From positions 165,509 through 229,508 of the IMG/VR virus record IMGVR_UViG_3300045594_000116: DNA of 64,000 nucleotides. The stretch is one strand, 5' to 3'. The position numbers and the translations under genes are program-made. This document shows, piece by piece, positions 1-10,145 of this stretch (position 1 is the first letter of the stretch; each line of letters begins with the position of its first letter). This DNA comes from a virus. Taxonomy: Duplodnaviria > Caudoviricetes. A model generated the notes under the pieces. That model was not told where the DNA came from. It was given only the letters and a program-made list of their open reading frames with translations, and ran no database searches.

Positions 1-1
1 T

Positions 2-535
2 AAGGAAAGTGGCTATTTTACTACGTTCCTTCAGGACTCTATGAAGTTTGGAGTCAATAAGAAAAAGAGCAAAGATGTACAGGAGCAGATCATAAAATAT
101 ATGAATTTCTGTGTACGCAATGGCATAGACTTCAATCAGAAGAATGGTGTACTTATGCGAGCTACCACTGGCCATCTCTATAAAGATGTGGTAAAGGCGA
201 TGGTCAAACTGCATAAGATTCCACACAATGAGCGTATAGACATTGTTCTGGAGAGATTGATTGCTAATAAGGCATGGGATCTTGCAGAAGACTTTATCCG
301 CATGGGGGCTAAACTCTATACGAATAATGCTCATCTTGATTCGTATCTTGTTGAGGACGAAGAACTTCTTAAAGATGATCATATATCATTTTGTGCAAGA
401 TATGTCAAATCGGTTATCGATGAAAAAGCAAAAGAGCTTGTTAGCGTAGCTCCAGCTCAGACATTCATCGTAGATCCGAAGACATTCGCAATGAAAAGAA
501 AGAATTCAACTTTACCACCTTTGACAAATAGGTAA
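2..535 (+). CDS. Hypothetical protein, probably 5'-truncated by the window edge (possibly ankyrin-like helical repeats)
   Basis: The frame is open from position 2 (KESGYFTTFLQDSMKFG...) and there is no RBS before ATG 41. It ends just before the AGAGGTGA RBS of the next gene. Confidence 0.6.
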   Translation, partial: KESGYFTTFLQDSMKFGVNKKKSKDVQEQIIKYMNFCVRNGIDFNQKNGVLMRATTGHLYKDVVKAMVKLHKIPHNERIDIVLERLIANKAWDLAEDFIRMGAKLYTNNAHLDSYLVEDEELLKDDHISFCARYVKSVIDEKAKELVSVAPAQTFIVDPKTFAMKRKNSTLPPLTNR

Positions 536-548
536 GAGGTGATAGATC

Positions 549-1277
549 ATGGCTAAATGGCCTACGTTTTTAAAGAAAGATGGAGACAAAGTTCTCTTCA
601 ATGCACCAGGAGAGCTTTTATTTTTTCTTCCTGAGAAGTTATTCGATCTTAGATTAGCTTTCCCAGCCGGAGACTATCAGAATGTATTTGGTCTGCTGAA
701 CTATTGTTTGGTAGATGCTAATGGTAAGAAAGGGAAACTTAAACTGCTTAAGCTCCCTACAAGATTTCTTACTCAGCCGTATAAGATTGATAAGATTAAA
801 GAAGCAAAGCTTATTTCCACTTCTAAAGTTCAGGATTACAGGGTATTCCGCTTTAAGAAGGGAGATGCTGTCATCGTAGAAACACGAGTTCCTATGGATA
901 TCAAGAATGTAGAGGACTTCATTAATCTTATTCTTATTACTGGTAATATGACAAACAGCGTTCCATATGATAAGATTCAGGATATGTTCATGAAGAATAT
1001 GGAGATCAATGGCAATAACTATAACGTTAGTGCACAGATGTTTGGTATCATATTCTCGGAATGCTGTAGAGCTTTGAATGATCCATCTAAGCCGTATCGA
1101 CTCAGTAATACGAATGACTTAACAGCATACGTATTGATGAGTGTAAAGAAGGTATCTCGACTCATCAGTTCTTATTCTGCATTTACATCGGAGAACTTTA
1201 TGGAATCTATTACGCATGCTATGATGAATGATAAGAAAGTGGATCAGCCATTAGAGCGTGTAATGACAGGAGATTGA
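549..1277 (+). CDS. Probable small C-terminal beta-prime fragment of the split virion RNA polymerase
   Basis: VSAQMFGIIFSECCR and SSYSAFTSENFMESITHAMMNDKKVDQPLERVMTG align by eye with RpoC C-terminal INDKHIEVIVRQMLR and SFISAASFQETTRVLTEAA...GLKENVIVG. RBS AGAGGTGA. Confidence 0.65.
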   Translation: MAKWPTFLKKDGDKVLFNAPGELLFFLPEKLFDLRLAFPAGDYQNVFGLLNYCLVDANGKKGKLKLLKLPTRFLTQPYKIDKIKEAKLISTSKVQDYRVFRFKKGDAVIVETRVPMDIKNVEDFINLILITGNMTNSVPYDKIQDMFMKNMEINGNNYNVSAQMFGIIFSECCRALNDPSKPYRLSNTNDLTAYVLMSVKKVSRLISSYSAFTSENFMESITHAMMNDKKVDQPLERVMTGD

Positions 1278-1283
1278 TTTAAA

Positions 1284-1787
1284 ATGTCATATCCAACTTC
1301 GGGAATCAAAGTCAAATTTGATGAAGAACCTACCAATAAGTCTAAAGATAAAACTCCATACAAAGGACTTTCTGGTTGGCTCGATTCAATGCCAAAGGAA
1401 GAAAGAACTGGATTCGCAAGATCTACATTCGCGCCGTTGAACAACCTTCTTAAGAATGCAGCTAAGAAAGATGACTTACCTAAACCAGATGCTATACTAA
1501 AGAAACAGTATATGCTCAATGCTTCTGATAAGATCGTGTTAGATCCAGATCAGAAATATGCATTGGTATATGATGAGCATGGCAACAGAAAAGGAATCAT
1601 CGAAGGAAAGTTAGCTGGATTGATCGAATGTAAGCTCAAGAAGGTTAACGATAAAAACTCAGCGGTATATGCTAAGGATGGTTATCTTAAAGGAATAATC
1701 ACTGGGCCTGGTAGTGACCTTAGCAAATATAGCTTAGATCCTTTAAAAGTTATGCCTCCTGTTGAAAAGATTGAAAAAATCGAATAA
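1284..1787 (+). CDS. Hypothetical protein
   Basis: 167-aa ORF with RBS AGGAGA, followed by a terminator hairpin. Confidence 0.75.
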   Translation: MSYPTSGIKVKFDEEPTNKSKDKTPYKGLSGWLDSMPKEERTGFARSTFAPLNNLLKNAAKKDDLPKPDAILKKQYMLNASDKIVLDPDQKYALVYDEHGNRKGIIEGKLAGLIECKLKKVNDKNSAVYAKDGYLKGIITGPGSDLSKYSLDPLKVMPPVEKIEKIE

Positions 1788-1802
1788 GAAAAGTACATTT
1801 AT

Positions 1803-1836
1803 ATCCCTCTACCTAATGCTGGTAGAGGGATTTTCT
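1803..1836 (+). terminator. Intrinsic terminator (ATCCCTCTACC...GGTAGAGGGAT + T tract)
   Basis: Inverted repeat followed by TTTTCTG. The same stem sequence recurs at about 7373, 17554 and 50944. Confidence 0.8.
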
Positions 1837-1873
1837 GTGCTCGAAAACGTATTAGCTGTAGGGCGTTAAAGCT

Positions 1874-1885
1874 AACATATCATTA
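1874..1885 (+). promoter_or_regulatory. Putative late promoter AACA-N6-TA
   Basis: AACA TATCAT TA upstream of the tail sheath gene, matching the AR9 late promoter architecture. Confidence 0.7.
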
Positions 1886-1943
1886 AAGTTACCTTTTCTA
1901 GGGGAACAAATAAAAAATGAAACCAATAAAGGAGGAAACATAA

Positions 1944-3827
1944 ATGGCTTACGCTCAGACTAAAATCATTTGGGATGACCAATCTGATATCACTCCTATT
2001 AGTGAGACAGTTGAAGATTCCATTGATAGACCGGTCTTGTTCTTCGCCTTTGCTTCAGAAAAAGGTCCAGAAGAATATAAACCGCAGGTAAAAGGTGAAA
2101 ACTTCTTCAAGCTTTATGGCTCGAAGCCAAGCTTCACTACTTACGGTCAGCCGTTGCTCGGTGCTGCTGCCTGCATCAATGCTGGTGGTCTTGCTGATTG
2201 CAAACGTGTTGTTGCTGACGATGCTACGCTGGCAAATATTGCCGTTGTTGCAAAAGTCAAGAAAATTGCCCCGCAGGATCACAACTCATATGGTCAGCCT
2301 CTGTGGCTGGATGGGAATGGTGGGGTTACAACCGATCGTAACATTACTGGAAAACCGGCTCCGGTTCAGAAATGCCAGATCGAATACGAGCTTCGTGCTG
2401 TAAACCTTGCAGGTAACTCTGTTAAGGCTATGGCAAAGGCTTTCCTTGGTGATGCTACTACCACTCATACTCTTGGTGCTGACGAAGAGTATCCGCTGTT
2501 CTTCTTGGCCGATAATGGCCGTGGACTCTCTGCAAAGAGATTCAAGATTGTATCCGATAGCTCCCAGACTCGTCCGATGGACTACGTGAAGTACATCATG
2601 ACTATTTCTGAGAATGGTACTGATCTTGAGCATTATGCATTCACGATCAATCCGGATATCATCGAGAGCGGCAAGAACCTGTCATTGCAGAGCACGATTC
2701 GTCAGTATGCTATGCAGATTCGTGGCGAAATCTTTGAAGATCAGATCGATGCATTCATTGAGAACGTTGCTTACATCGCCGGTATCCCGTATGAAACGTT
2801 CAAGTATTCAGATGCTCTGTTTGGCTCTGACCTGTATGGTAAAGCTTATGACACCATCGTCATGACTGGTTCTGTTCAGCTCGATACGTCGGCTGGTATT
2901 GCACTTGTAAATGGTAGCAACGGCGATTTCGCTAATGCTCCGTTGAGTGCTCTTACTTATAGCACTCAGCTTCTGAAGGCTTTCAACGGCACTGATGGTG
3001 ATGAGATCTATGATACGGATAACTTCCGTATTGATGCTGTCTTCGATTGCAATTATCCGGCTCCTGTAAAGAGAGCTATTGAGGATCTGGCTGCATTCCG
3101 CCAGGACTTCATGTACTTCCGTGATATGGGTACGGGTCTGGAATCGATCGATGAGATCAAATTCGCTAATACGGATAATCTCAAATCGAAGTTCTGCTCG
3201 ACTTATCATAACTCTTGGGATATCATCGATCCGTATACTCGTAAAGAGATTACGGTTACTGCTACGTACTCCCTTATCGAGAAATTCGTAAAGCATTTCT
3301 TGAATGGTGTATCTCGTCCGTTCTGCGGCCAGCAGTATGGTGTAACCTGGACGAAAGATGATGTCATTGAAGGCACCGTAAACTTCAACCCGAAGAATAC
3401 GCCAGCAATGGATCAGAAGCAGTGGTTCGATGATAATCGTATCAACTATGTAAGCTATTACAATGGCTTGCTCTCCATGGAATCTCAGTACACTTCTCAG
3501 GAGCGTTATACGCAGCTGAGCTGGTTGAGCAATGTACTTAACGTACAGAGCATCATCCGCGAAATTCGTGTACAGTGCCCGAAGAATCGGTATAAGTATA
3601 TCGATACGAAGGGTCTGGCCAACTACCAGAAGGATGTTCAGACGCTGCTCAATAAGCATTCGGCTGATTTCCAGGAGATCTCTCTGGTGTACGCTAAAGA
3701 TTCGAATTATGAGAATAACAAGATCTATTATGCATACATCTACGTTCGCTTCAAGAACTTCGTTCAGAGCGAAATCTTCAGAATTACGGCGCTCAAGACG
3801 AATGACAATACGTCGGCGTCGGTATAA
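1944..3827 (+). CDS. Tail sheath protein (jumbo myophage)
   Basis: 627 aa. N-terminal F..LYG..P....YGQP motif, and sheath C-terminal features (W..DNRINYV, LSWLSNVLNV, YIYVRFKNFVQ). Strong RBS AAGGAGG and biased high-expression codon usage. Confidence 0.88.
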   Translation: MAYAQTKIIWDDQSDITPISETVEDSIDRPVLFFAFASEKGPEEYKPQVKGENFFKLYGSKPSFTTYGQPLLGAAACINAGGLADCKRVVADDATLANIAVVAKVKKIAPQDHNSYGQPLWLDGNGGVTTDRNITGKPAPVQKCQIEYELRAVNLAGNSVKAMAKAFLGDATTTHTLGADEEYPLFFLADNGRGLSAKRFKIVSDSSQTRPMDYVKYIMTISENGTDLEHYAFTINPDIIESGKNLSLQSTIRQYAMQIRGEIFEDQIDAFIENVAYIAGIPYETFKYSDALFGSDLYGKAYDTIVMTGSVQLDTSAGIALVNGSNGDFANAPLSALTYSTQLLKAFNGTDGDEIYDTDNFRIDAVFDCNYPAPVKRAIEDLAAFRQDFMYFRDMGTGLESIDEIKFANTDNLKSKFCSTYHNSWDIIDPYTRKEITVTATYSLIEKFVKHFLNGVSRPFCGQQYGVTWTKDDVIEGTVNFNPKNTPAMDQKQWFDDNRINYVSYYNGLLSMESQYTSQERYTQLSWLSNVLNVQSIIREIRVQCPKNRYKYIDTKGLANYQKDVQTLLNKHSADFQEISLVYAKDSNYENNKIYYAYIYVRFKNFVQSEIFRITALKTNDNTSASV

Positions 3828-3845
3828 AGAAAGGGGGAGACTTAA

Positions 3846-4691
3846 ATGGCTGATATTACAGTAGACAACATTTTTGCGAATCAGGTATCACTGCCTGACT
3901 TTACGAAATATACGCTCGGTCGTGGCGTAACGGATTATACGCAGCTCGCACAGTTCGATATGTACGAGAAAGGTTATCCGTTCATGATCGTTCTCAAGAT
4001 TCCGAAGTTTATTGAAAAGCTGGCTACGGCTAACACCGAGTATGCTAAGCTGATCAATGACTACGTTCATGTTCTTGAATATGACTTCCGTGGTCTTGAA
4101 GGCCTGGAGAACATGACTGCTGATACCACCGAGATTACCAATGGTAATACGAAGTTGGATATCATCACGAAGGTTAACTGGGAATCGGCATCTAAGTTCA
4201 GCATGAAGTATCAGGAGCGCAAAGGCTCTCTGTTCGCTCGTATGCATGAGCTGTACCTCCGTGGTATTAAAGATCCGAAAACGCAGGTTAAACGCTACAA
4301 CGGTCTTCTGAAGACCGATGGTTCGTCTATCCTGGATGCTGGTTATGAGAACGAGGTATTCGAATTCCTGTACTTCGTAACTGATAACACGGCTCGTTCT
4401 ATCGAGAAAGCATTCCTGCTTACGTCTTGCCAGCTTACTGAGTGTAGCTTTGATCAGTACAATCAGGAGAAGGGTCAGATTGAGTGGCAGGATGTCAACC
4501 TCCAGTTCAATGGCTACTCTATCACGAATCCGTTGGTTACGCAGAAGGCTCAGACCTTCCTTAACTGGATGAATGAAGAGAATCGTGTCATCTTCGAAGA
4601 GACTAAGTTCGCTTATGATTCTCTTACGGATATGCCGAGTGTCGATGAGCTGCCTGGTCCTCAGGTTGCTATGAAGGCAATCACGTACTAA
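3846..4691 (+). CDS. Tail tube protein
   Basis: 281 aa, directly after the sheath gene. Has a W/YLRGIKDP.T motif and beta-rich tube-like pattern. Confidence 0.75.
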   Translation: MADITVDNIFANQVSLPDFTKYTLGRGVTDYTQLAQFDMYEKGYPFMIVLKIPKFIEKLATANTEYAKLINDYVHVLEYDFRGLEGLENMTADTTEITNGNTKLDIITKVNWESASKFSMKYQERKGSLFARMHELYLRGIKDPKTQVKRYNGLLKTDGSSILDAGYENEVFEFLYFVTDNTARSIEKAFLLTSCQLTECSFDQYNQEKGQIEWQDVNLQFNGYSITNPLVTQKAQTFLNWMNEENRVIFEETKFAYDSLTDMPSVDELPGPQVAMKAITY

Positions 4692-4705
4692 CGTGCAAAG
4701 AATAC

Positions 4706-4730
4706 CCCTGTACTCGTAATGAGTACAGGG
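4706..4730. terminator. Bidirectional terminator between convergent tube and portal genes
   Basis: CCCTGTACTC-GTAAT-GAGTACAGGG, a perfect 10-bp stem. Confidence 0.85.
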
Positions 4731-4742
4731 ATATTTTGTGTC

Positions 4743-7058
4743 TTATTGTTCTTGCTTTTCGTCTTCCTTCTCTTTGACAACCTCCATTTGCACTTCATCA
4801 ATGAGTGCCTGCATGTCATCTGCCGGGAAGAACAAACTAGTGTATTTCTTTTTAAGCTCTGCAACAAGTTTAGGTTTGATAAGATCAGCATCCTTAGCAT
4901 TATCACTAACGTACATATTCGTTATTGCTTCTGATATATCATTAGCGCTTGTAAGAATCTGAGTAGTATTCATTGTCATAAGGTAAGTCGGTACATTAGG
5001 AACGTACTCGATTTCCTCATTACTGTCAAACTCTGCATTGTAAATACGAGTAAGAATAGTGCTGAACATCTTCTTTACTAATGCCTGCAGATTATAGATA
5101 GTCTGCAAGAATCTCGTATTCGTCATTGTAAGTCTAGTTGCATAATCGGTAGCCTGATGGGCCTGAATATAATCATATGGAACACCAGTAGATTGAACAG
5201 CCATCTCTTCGAGAGCATTCATAAGATCAGTCTTGACCTCTACATTCTGCCCAGGAATGGTTTCTACATCTATTGGAGCGTCTCCAGATGGGGATTTAGG
5301 AATGAGCAGGTCATTGAACCTACCAAGCATACCAAGAACGTTATTCATCGATTCAATCTGTCTAACACCGAAGTTAGAACGCTGAATCTGATTGATAGCA
5401 TTCATCAATGTATCTGAGATATTCGTATCTACCATCTGTTTTACATAATAAACACGCTTATCATTTCCTCTTGTAAGGATAGAAATTACATTGGAGATAT
5501 ACAAGCAGCTATAGAGTTTAGCCGGGAACAACGCTTTACGAAGAGACGAAATACCACGATGTGTTTCATCATCTTGCTCAAAGAAGCAATGAACCATATC
5601 ATCCGGAGGGATGAATGTAATACGCATCTTAGAGATACGTCCTTCTGCATTCATAGTAGAGTTATACTTCAAGATAGCATAGATCTCTTTAGTCAGGTCC
5701 TGATTAGCATTGACGAAAGTCTTATCGATCTTACGTGAAATAGCCATAGCAAGATTCTTGAGTAATCTAGTCTCCTGAGTATCCTGATAGAATGGATCTC
5801 TATTCTTATCTTTGTATGCACCGCCTGGGCGAATACCTCCAATGGTATTAGAAAAAGTAGTCTTCTCAAGATCAAATTTTCTATCACATTCGATATAGAA
5901 ATACCCAATGCAGATATCATCGATATACAGCGGTTTAACCATTGTATGATCAAGAATCTTTACAACGCAGCCAGGAACCTTGAGCTGCAGTTCTTTGTCA
6001 TCTCCATACCCAGGGGTCTTGAGCCCATCCTGTGTTAGCCCATCAAGCTTATAGAAGTTATCGGAGCCTTTCTTGATACTATCGCCAATAGAGATATTTT
6101 TTGTAACATCGTTCTTCTTACCTTCATTATCTTTTTCGGTCTTGAGAACTGTTTCATTGATAGCAAGACTTGCTGCTTCTTTAAGAATGCTATTAGCTTT
6201 CTTATATCCTGATAAAGCAGACTTGATAACACAGCTTTTATCCATCTCTACAATGAAGTTACTTTTACTTGGTTCTACGTTATCAGTGAAGAATCCTTCG
6301 TCAACCGCATGTACCTCTGTATCTCCACTGGTAGGGTCCATTCCGATCGTAAACGCTTCATTGACTGGTCCTGGATCGCTTACTGAAGCCTCACCTAGGA
6401 ATCCAGAAGTAGGACCTAACCCAAATCTTTCATTATCCGACAGTAATCTTTTGATTGCTTTACGGTATGGAACTACATATACAAAGCACTCTCCGAGTTT
6501 ATCAGTTTGACGATAAACTTTATCGAGAATCAGATCGAGTTTGTACTTCTCTTTCATATCTTTGATATTGTTTGCCACGCCGATATCTTTTCCGGCAGCA
6601 GACTTAGATCTAATATGAAGCGTAGTGCTTGTAAAGTTATCAGAGCATAATACATGCTCACGACGAGTTGTCAAAGCATCTTCCAGCTTTGGCATGTATT
6701 TCAGAATCATTTCGATTTCACGGTCAATGTCTCTTAACCATGAATTCTGGGTATACGTTTGCATTATAGAACTCATGATAGATTCATTCTCTAATGACGC
6801 ATTGATACCTTGTACAACATCCTCATCATTCTGCATGCTGCCAAGTTTAGTTTTCGTCAAAAGAGCAGAAATGTTGGTAGTACCAACATTGCTAATATTA
6901 TTACCTATCAGATTATCTATGCTACGGTGTGCTCTTGTTCTCATGTAGGACAGAGTCTTGCTAACACCAGGATCTGTGTAGTATGTACTACTATACATAT
7001 CACCCATGCCAGTGTCAATAGACTGCTTCAGTTTGTCCATATCTTTTTCACTTGCCAT
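4743..7058 (-). CDS. Portal protein (phiKZ/AR9-like)
   Basis: ~770 aa. R..DKRVYYV, D.LIP.S.SGD.PI..ETIPGQ and TGVP motifs resemble T4 gp20-type portals. Start moved to ATG 7058 after GGAGG, with a late promoter upstream. Confidence 0.75.
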   Translation of the reverse strand: MASEKDMDKLKQSIDTGMGDMYSSTYYTDPGVSKTLSYMRTRAHRSIDNLIGNNISNVGTTNISALLTKTKLGSMQNDEDVVQGINASLENESIMSSIMQTYTQNSWLRDIDREIEMILKYMPKLEDALTTRREHVLCSDNFTSTTLHIRSKSAAGKDIGVANNIKDMKEKYKLDLILDKVYRQTDKLGECFVYVVPYRKAIKRLLSDNERFGLGPTSGFLGEASVSDPGPVNEAFTIGMDPTSGDTEVHAVDEGFFTDNVEPSKSNFIVEMDKSCVIKSALSGYKKANSILKEAASLAINETVLKTEKDNEGKKNDVTKNISIGDSIKKGSDNFYKLDGLTQDGLKTPGYGDDKELQLKVPGCVVKILDHTMVKPLYIDDICIGYFYIECDRKFDLEKTTFSNTIGGIRPGGAYKDKNRDPFYQDTQETRLLKNLAMAISRKIDKTFVNANQDLTKEIYAILKYNSTMNAEGRISKMRITFIPPDDMVHCFFEQDDETHRGISSLRKALFPAKLYSCLYISNVISILTRGNDKRVYYVKQMVDTNISDTLMNAINQIQRSNFGVRQIESMNNVLGMLGRFNDLLIPKSPSGDAPIDVETIPGQNVEVKTDLMNALEEMAVQSTGVPYDYIQAHQATDYATRLTMTNTRFLQTIYNLQALVKKMFSTILTRIYNAEFDSNEEIEYVPNVPTYLMTMNTTQILTSANDISEAITNMYVSDNAKDADLIKPKLVAELKKKYTSLFFPADDMQALIDEVQMEVVKEKEDEKQEQ

Positions 7059-7082
7059 TGCTAATCCTCCCTTGAATAAGTT

Positions 7083-7094
7083 TATTAAGATGTT
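7083..7094 (-). promoter_or_regulatory. Putative late promoter AACA-N6-TA (portal)
   Basis: Minus strand AACA TCTTAA TA. Confidence 0.7.
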
Positions 7095-7184
7095 CAAGTA
7101 GCATAAATTGACAAAAAAGAAAGAGGGTTTAGCGGATATAATATCTCGTACCTCTATCTTACCTTGTAAGCAGATGATAAAAAT

Positions 7185-7334
7185 TTACTTGGCTAAGCCA
7201 GCGTAAACATTATCGTAATATGCATTAGCATATTTCTGCATCTCTAGCAAGCGGGTTAGCGGATCGCTAAAGATGGTACTAAAATATGCATCGTTCTTTT
7301 GAACAAACATATTAAAGTAGTCAGTTCTACTCAC
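7185..7334 (-). CDS. Small early protein, 49 aa (MSRTDYFNMFVQKNDAYFSTIFSDPLTRLLEMQKYANAYYDNVYAGLAK); not in the ORF track
   Basis: GTG start with RBS GAGAGGTGA, own early promoter at about 7432, TAA stop. Confidence 0.7.
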   Translation of the reverse strand: MSRTDYFNMFVQKNDAYFSTIFSDPLTRLLEMQKYANAYYDNVYAGLAK

Positions 7335-7336
7335 AA

Positions 7337-7451
7337 TTGTCACCTCTCTTCTTCAGAGTTGTGGCAGCAGATATCCCTCTACCATGCTACGGTAGAGGGG
7401 TTTTCTGTGTCGCACATCTGTTATTCACAGTTATTATATATAACTGAAATA
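7337..7451 (-). repeat. Promoter-hairpin-RBS cassette, copy 1 (copy 2 at about 50909-51022)
   Basis: Shared TGTCACCTCTCTTC..AG..GTG.CAGCAGATATCCCTCTACCA..GGTAGAGGG.TTTTCTGTG..TTATTCAC..TATTATATATAACTGAAATA. Confidence 0.85.
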
Positions 7452-7461
7452 GCAGACTATA

Positions 7462-8202
7462 TCATCTCTGAAGAATCTTTACGATTGTGGTGACCTTGAC
7501 ATTTTTCTTTGGTTTGGCTACAGTATAGGAAGCATATGTATCTCTACCATACTCGGTATCCGCATACTTAATTCCTATAGAGCATGAATCACCCTTATTC
7601 ATATTTACCAATCCAGACCATACTGGAACGATATTATGACCAATAGGGATAAATCTAAGCCCTTGCTCTGCCTTTGCATTAACCGCATTCATAAAGTCTT
7701 CTCTTGTAGATACATCTTCTGAATAAGCAACTGCTACCTTATTGGTATTGGTCAATATCATAGCAGCTACCCGGCCAAAGTTAGTATCATTAAGTGCAAT
7801 AGGTATATTAGCCTTAAGAGCATTAGAAGCACTTACTACACTTAATCCTGTAGAGAATGCACCATAATCGTTTTCAAAGTTAATGAGAGTGAATCTATCA
7901 GATTCCTCTGTAGCTTCTTTGACTACCGCATGTAGATCATTGATACTGATAGCAAACATTACCCCTTGCTCTGGAGTGTTTCTAAGTACAGGAGTTCCAT
8001 CTGAAATGTTTGACGCGTACTTGATAACTGAAAGGTTAAGATTAGACATACCCATTCCGAGCATGTCAATCTCACCAGTTATCGCATCAGGCCAAACAAA
8101 TACCAGATCCTCCTTACCAGTTTTCACCAATTTAGATCTTTCATCTAAGTTTCGTATGAAAGCAGTGTCTACGTATCTGTATGAGTTAGGTCTTGCAATC
8201 AT
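7462..8202 (-). CDS. Hypothetical protein coupled to the DNA polymerase gene; possible sliding-clamp-like protein
   Basis: ATGA overlap with the polymerase gene. 246 aa with an alpha/beta pattern. Confidence 0.7.
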   Translation of the reverse strand: MIARPNSYRYVDTAFIRNLDERSKLVKTGKEDLVFVWPDAITGEIDMLGMGMSNLNLSVIKYASNISDGTPVLRNTPEQGVMFAISINDLHAVVKEATEESDRFTLINFENDYGAFSTGLSVVSASNALKANIPIALNDTNFGRVAAMILTNTNKVAVAYSEDVSTREDFMNAVNAKAEQGLRFIPIGHNIVPVWSGLVNMNKGDSCSIGIKYADTEYGRDTYASYTVAKPKKNVKVTTIVKILQR

Positions 8203-10145
8203 TTGTTCATTACCTCTTTGATAATTCTTTTATATTCACTTTCTACGTCTTTAGGCATCTGCTGATAGATGCTGATTACTTCCTTCTTGAAGTTAGGATC
8301 TACAAGGCGCAGCGGAGTGAACTTCTCGTTATTGTGCCAGAAGCGTAATACTTCTTTCTTACCACGAGCCATTCCTTCTCGCAAACCATGAGCAGAGTTA
8401 TGAGTTTCAAAGTATTCATGCACATCATTCATCATTTCTTCGAATGAAGCTAGATGGAACCAGCGATGTCCAAAGCTAATATAATCACATGCACAATAGT
8501 CTTCGAAGAATGCAGTGGTTCTAAAGAACTTCGGATTATTACTGAGATTTTCCTTATCATGAATCTTCTTATCGATAAACATACGTCCGATCTGCCCATT
8601 GGTGCAGATATTGAACTCCTGCATAATAGATGGATACAGACGTTTGTAATCGAAGTCATTTGCATTCTTTACAAGCATAATCGGCTTGCCATTAACTTTA
8701 ACCTTAGGTTTATCGGTTACCTGAGTCAAAGCTGCTACGAATGCACCAGGGAATTTCTCATTTGGCTTTTCTTTGAACTTGTTGCAGTTATTGCCCATAA
8801 CAAGATCATTCTCTGCAAGCATAAACTTAGAAGCTCTGTTTGCAAGATACATTGTCTGACGATGAACCTTCGGATACATCGTGTCGTTTACAATAGCCTT
8901 ATTGAAAACGTAGTTGATATCGCCAGTTTTCTCTTCAATGCATTTCTGAACCATGACATCCATCATATTGTATTTGATGAACGTTACGAAATCTAAGTAT
9001 GGGAACTCAACGATATCATTGGTGATATCATGATAGTCTAACTTTCTAGCTCCGGCTACCACACCACCAATGTAGTCCAATCCAAACGTAGCAAATGCTG
9101 ACTGTCCTTTACGTCTAGATGCAAACTCAATCATCTGATCAAGATACACACTATAAGAACTGATGTCTGCATAATCACCACGCTGAGCAAATTCAGCTTC
9201 ATGATCTTTATCGATCTTATAGTAACAATGCTTCTCTTCAAAATCCGGATGACAGATAATATCAGCCGGATCATATCCTAAGTTAATAAATCTTTGAATC
9301 AGATATGGAATATCAAATGCCATGTTCCATGCTAAGACAAAGTCTGGTTGCAGATGATTGATGATGTTAAACATACTTACCAACATCGTAAGCTCATCAT
9401 CAAATACAACGACCTTCACTTTGATATCCTTAAGATGCATGCGGTATGCTTTCTTCCAACCGCCTACATTGTTAAACAGAAACTCTTTGAATTCCTGCTC
9501 CATATTATGACTAGCGATATACTCTTCAAACTTTGCCACCTGAGGATTATTTGAATCCCTGAATGTAAATGTATACAGAGTATTATCTACTTCATTGAAC
9601 ATCGAGATTGCATTTACAGGGCACTCTCCAGGCTGTGGAAAATCCCCTACCATATATCTACCATCAACCTCGATATCGAGATATGCTTTTGTAACGGGAA
9701 CCGTTGGATTCTGATATTGCTCATCAAACAACTTACGATAGTAGTTGTTGATATTCATATCTGAACTCATAAGAGATGGATGCGTATGAAGAATCTGATT
9801 AGCCCTTCTATTACCACTTCTGATATTATCATAGAAGAACTCTTTCATATTCAGCTCTTCTGCAATGCTCTTTTCCAAATCATGGAACGGAACTGTTATA
9901 GGATCGCACTTCGAGCGTTCTATGAACACCTGTGGATAATCCTTCACGAATTCAGGCTTAATTTTGTAATAGGTATACTTTGGCTCTTTGATGACCTCTA
10001 TACCTTTCTTTCCAGTTTCATTGTCCTTATACACTATCGTCATCGTATCTGGGTGAAGATTACCTTCCTCATCCTTACGTGGATAGTGATACATATTGTT
10101 CATAATAGTGATATTACTGTCCTTATTATAACCTTTGATTAACAT
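8199..10145 (-). CDS. DNA polymerase family B, N-terminal subunit of a split enzyme (3'-5' exonuclease plus motif A)
   Basis: ExoI LDIEV, ExoII AWNMAFDIPY, ExoIII YNMMDV, FPGAFV and motif A DFDYKRLYPSIM are present. Motifs B and C (YGDTDS) are absent. Confidence 0.9.
   Translation of the reverse strand: MLIKGYNKDSNITIMNNMYHYPRKDEEGNLHPDTMTIVYKDNETGKKGIEVIKEPKYTYYKIKPEFVKDYPQVFIERSKCDPITVPFHDLEKSIAEELNMKEFFYDNIRSGNRRANQILHTHPSLMSSDMNINNYYRKLFDEQYQNPTVPVTKAYLDIEVDGRYMVGDFPQPGECPVNAISMFNEVDNTLYTFTFRDSNNPQVAKFEEYIASHNMEQEFKEFLFNNVGGWKKAYRMHLKDIKVKVVVFDDELTMLVSMFNIINHLQPDFVLAWNMAFDIPYLIQRFINLGYDPADIICHPDFEEKHCYYKIDKDHEAEFAQRGDYADISSYSVYLDQMIEFASRRKGQSAFATFGLDYIGGVVAGARKLDYHDITNDIVEFPYLDFVTFIKYNMMDVMVQKCIEEKTGDINYVFNKAIVNDTMYPKVHRQTMYLANRASKFMLAENDLVMGNNCNKFKEKPNEKFPGAFVAALTQVTDKPKVKVNGKPIMLVKNANDFDYKRLYPSIMQEFNICTNGQIGRMFIDKKIHDKENLSNNPKFFRTTAFFEDYCACDYISFGHRWFHLASFEEMMNDVHEYFETHNSAHGLREGMARGKKEVLRFWHNNEKFTPLRLVDPNFKKEVISIYQQMPKDVESEYKRIIKEVMNK

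Noticed and set aside
2055-4247. Long antisense and alternate-frame ORFs over the sheath and tube genes (e.g. 2808-3659), and likewise 40273-41403 and 52758-53663
   Set aside because: These are shadow ORFs caused by codon bias of strongly supported genes on the other strand. They have no RBS or recognisable motifs.
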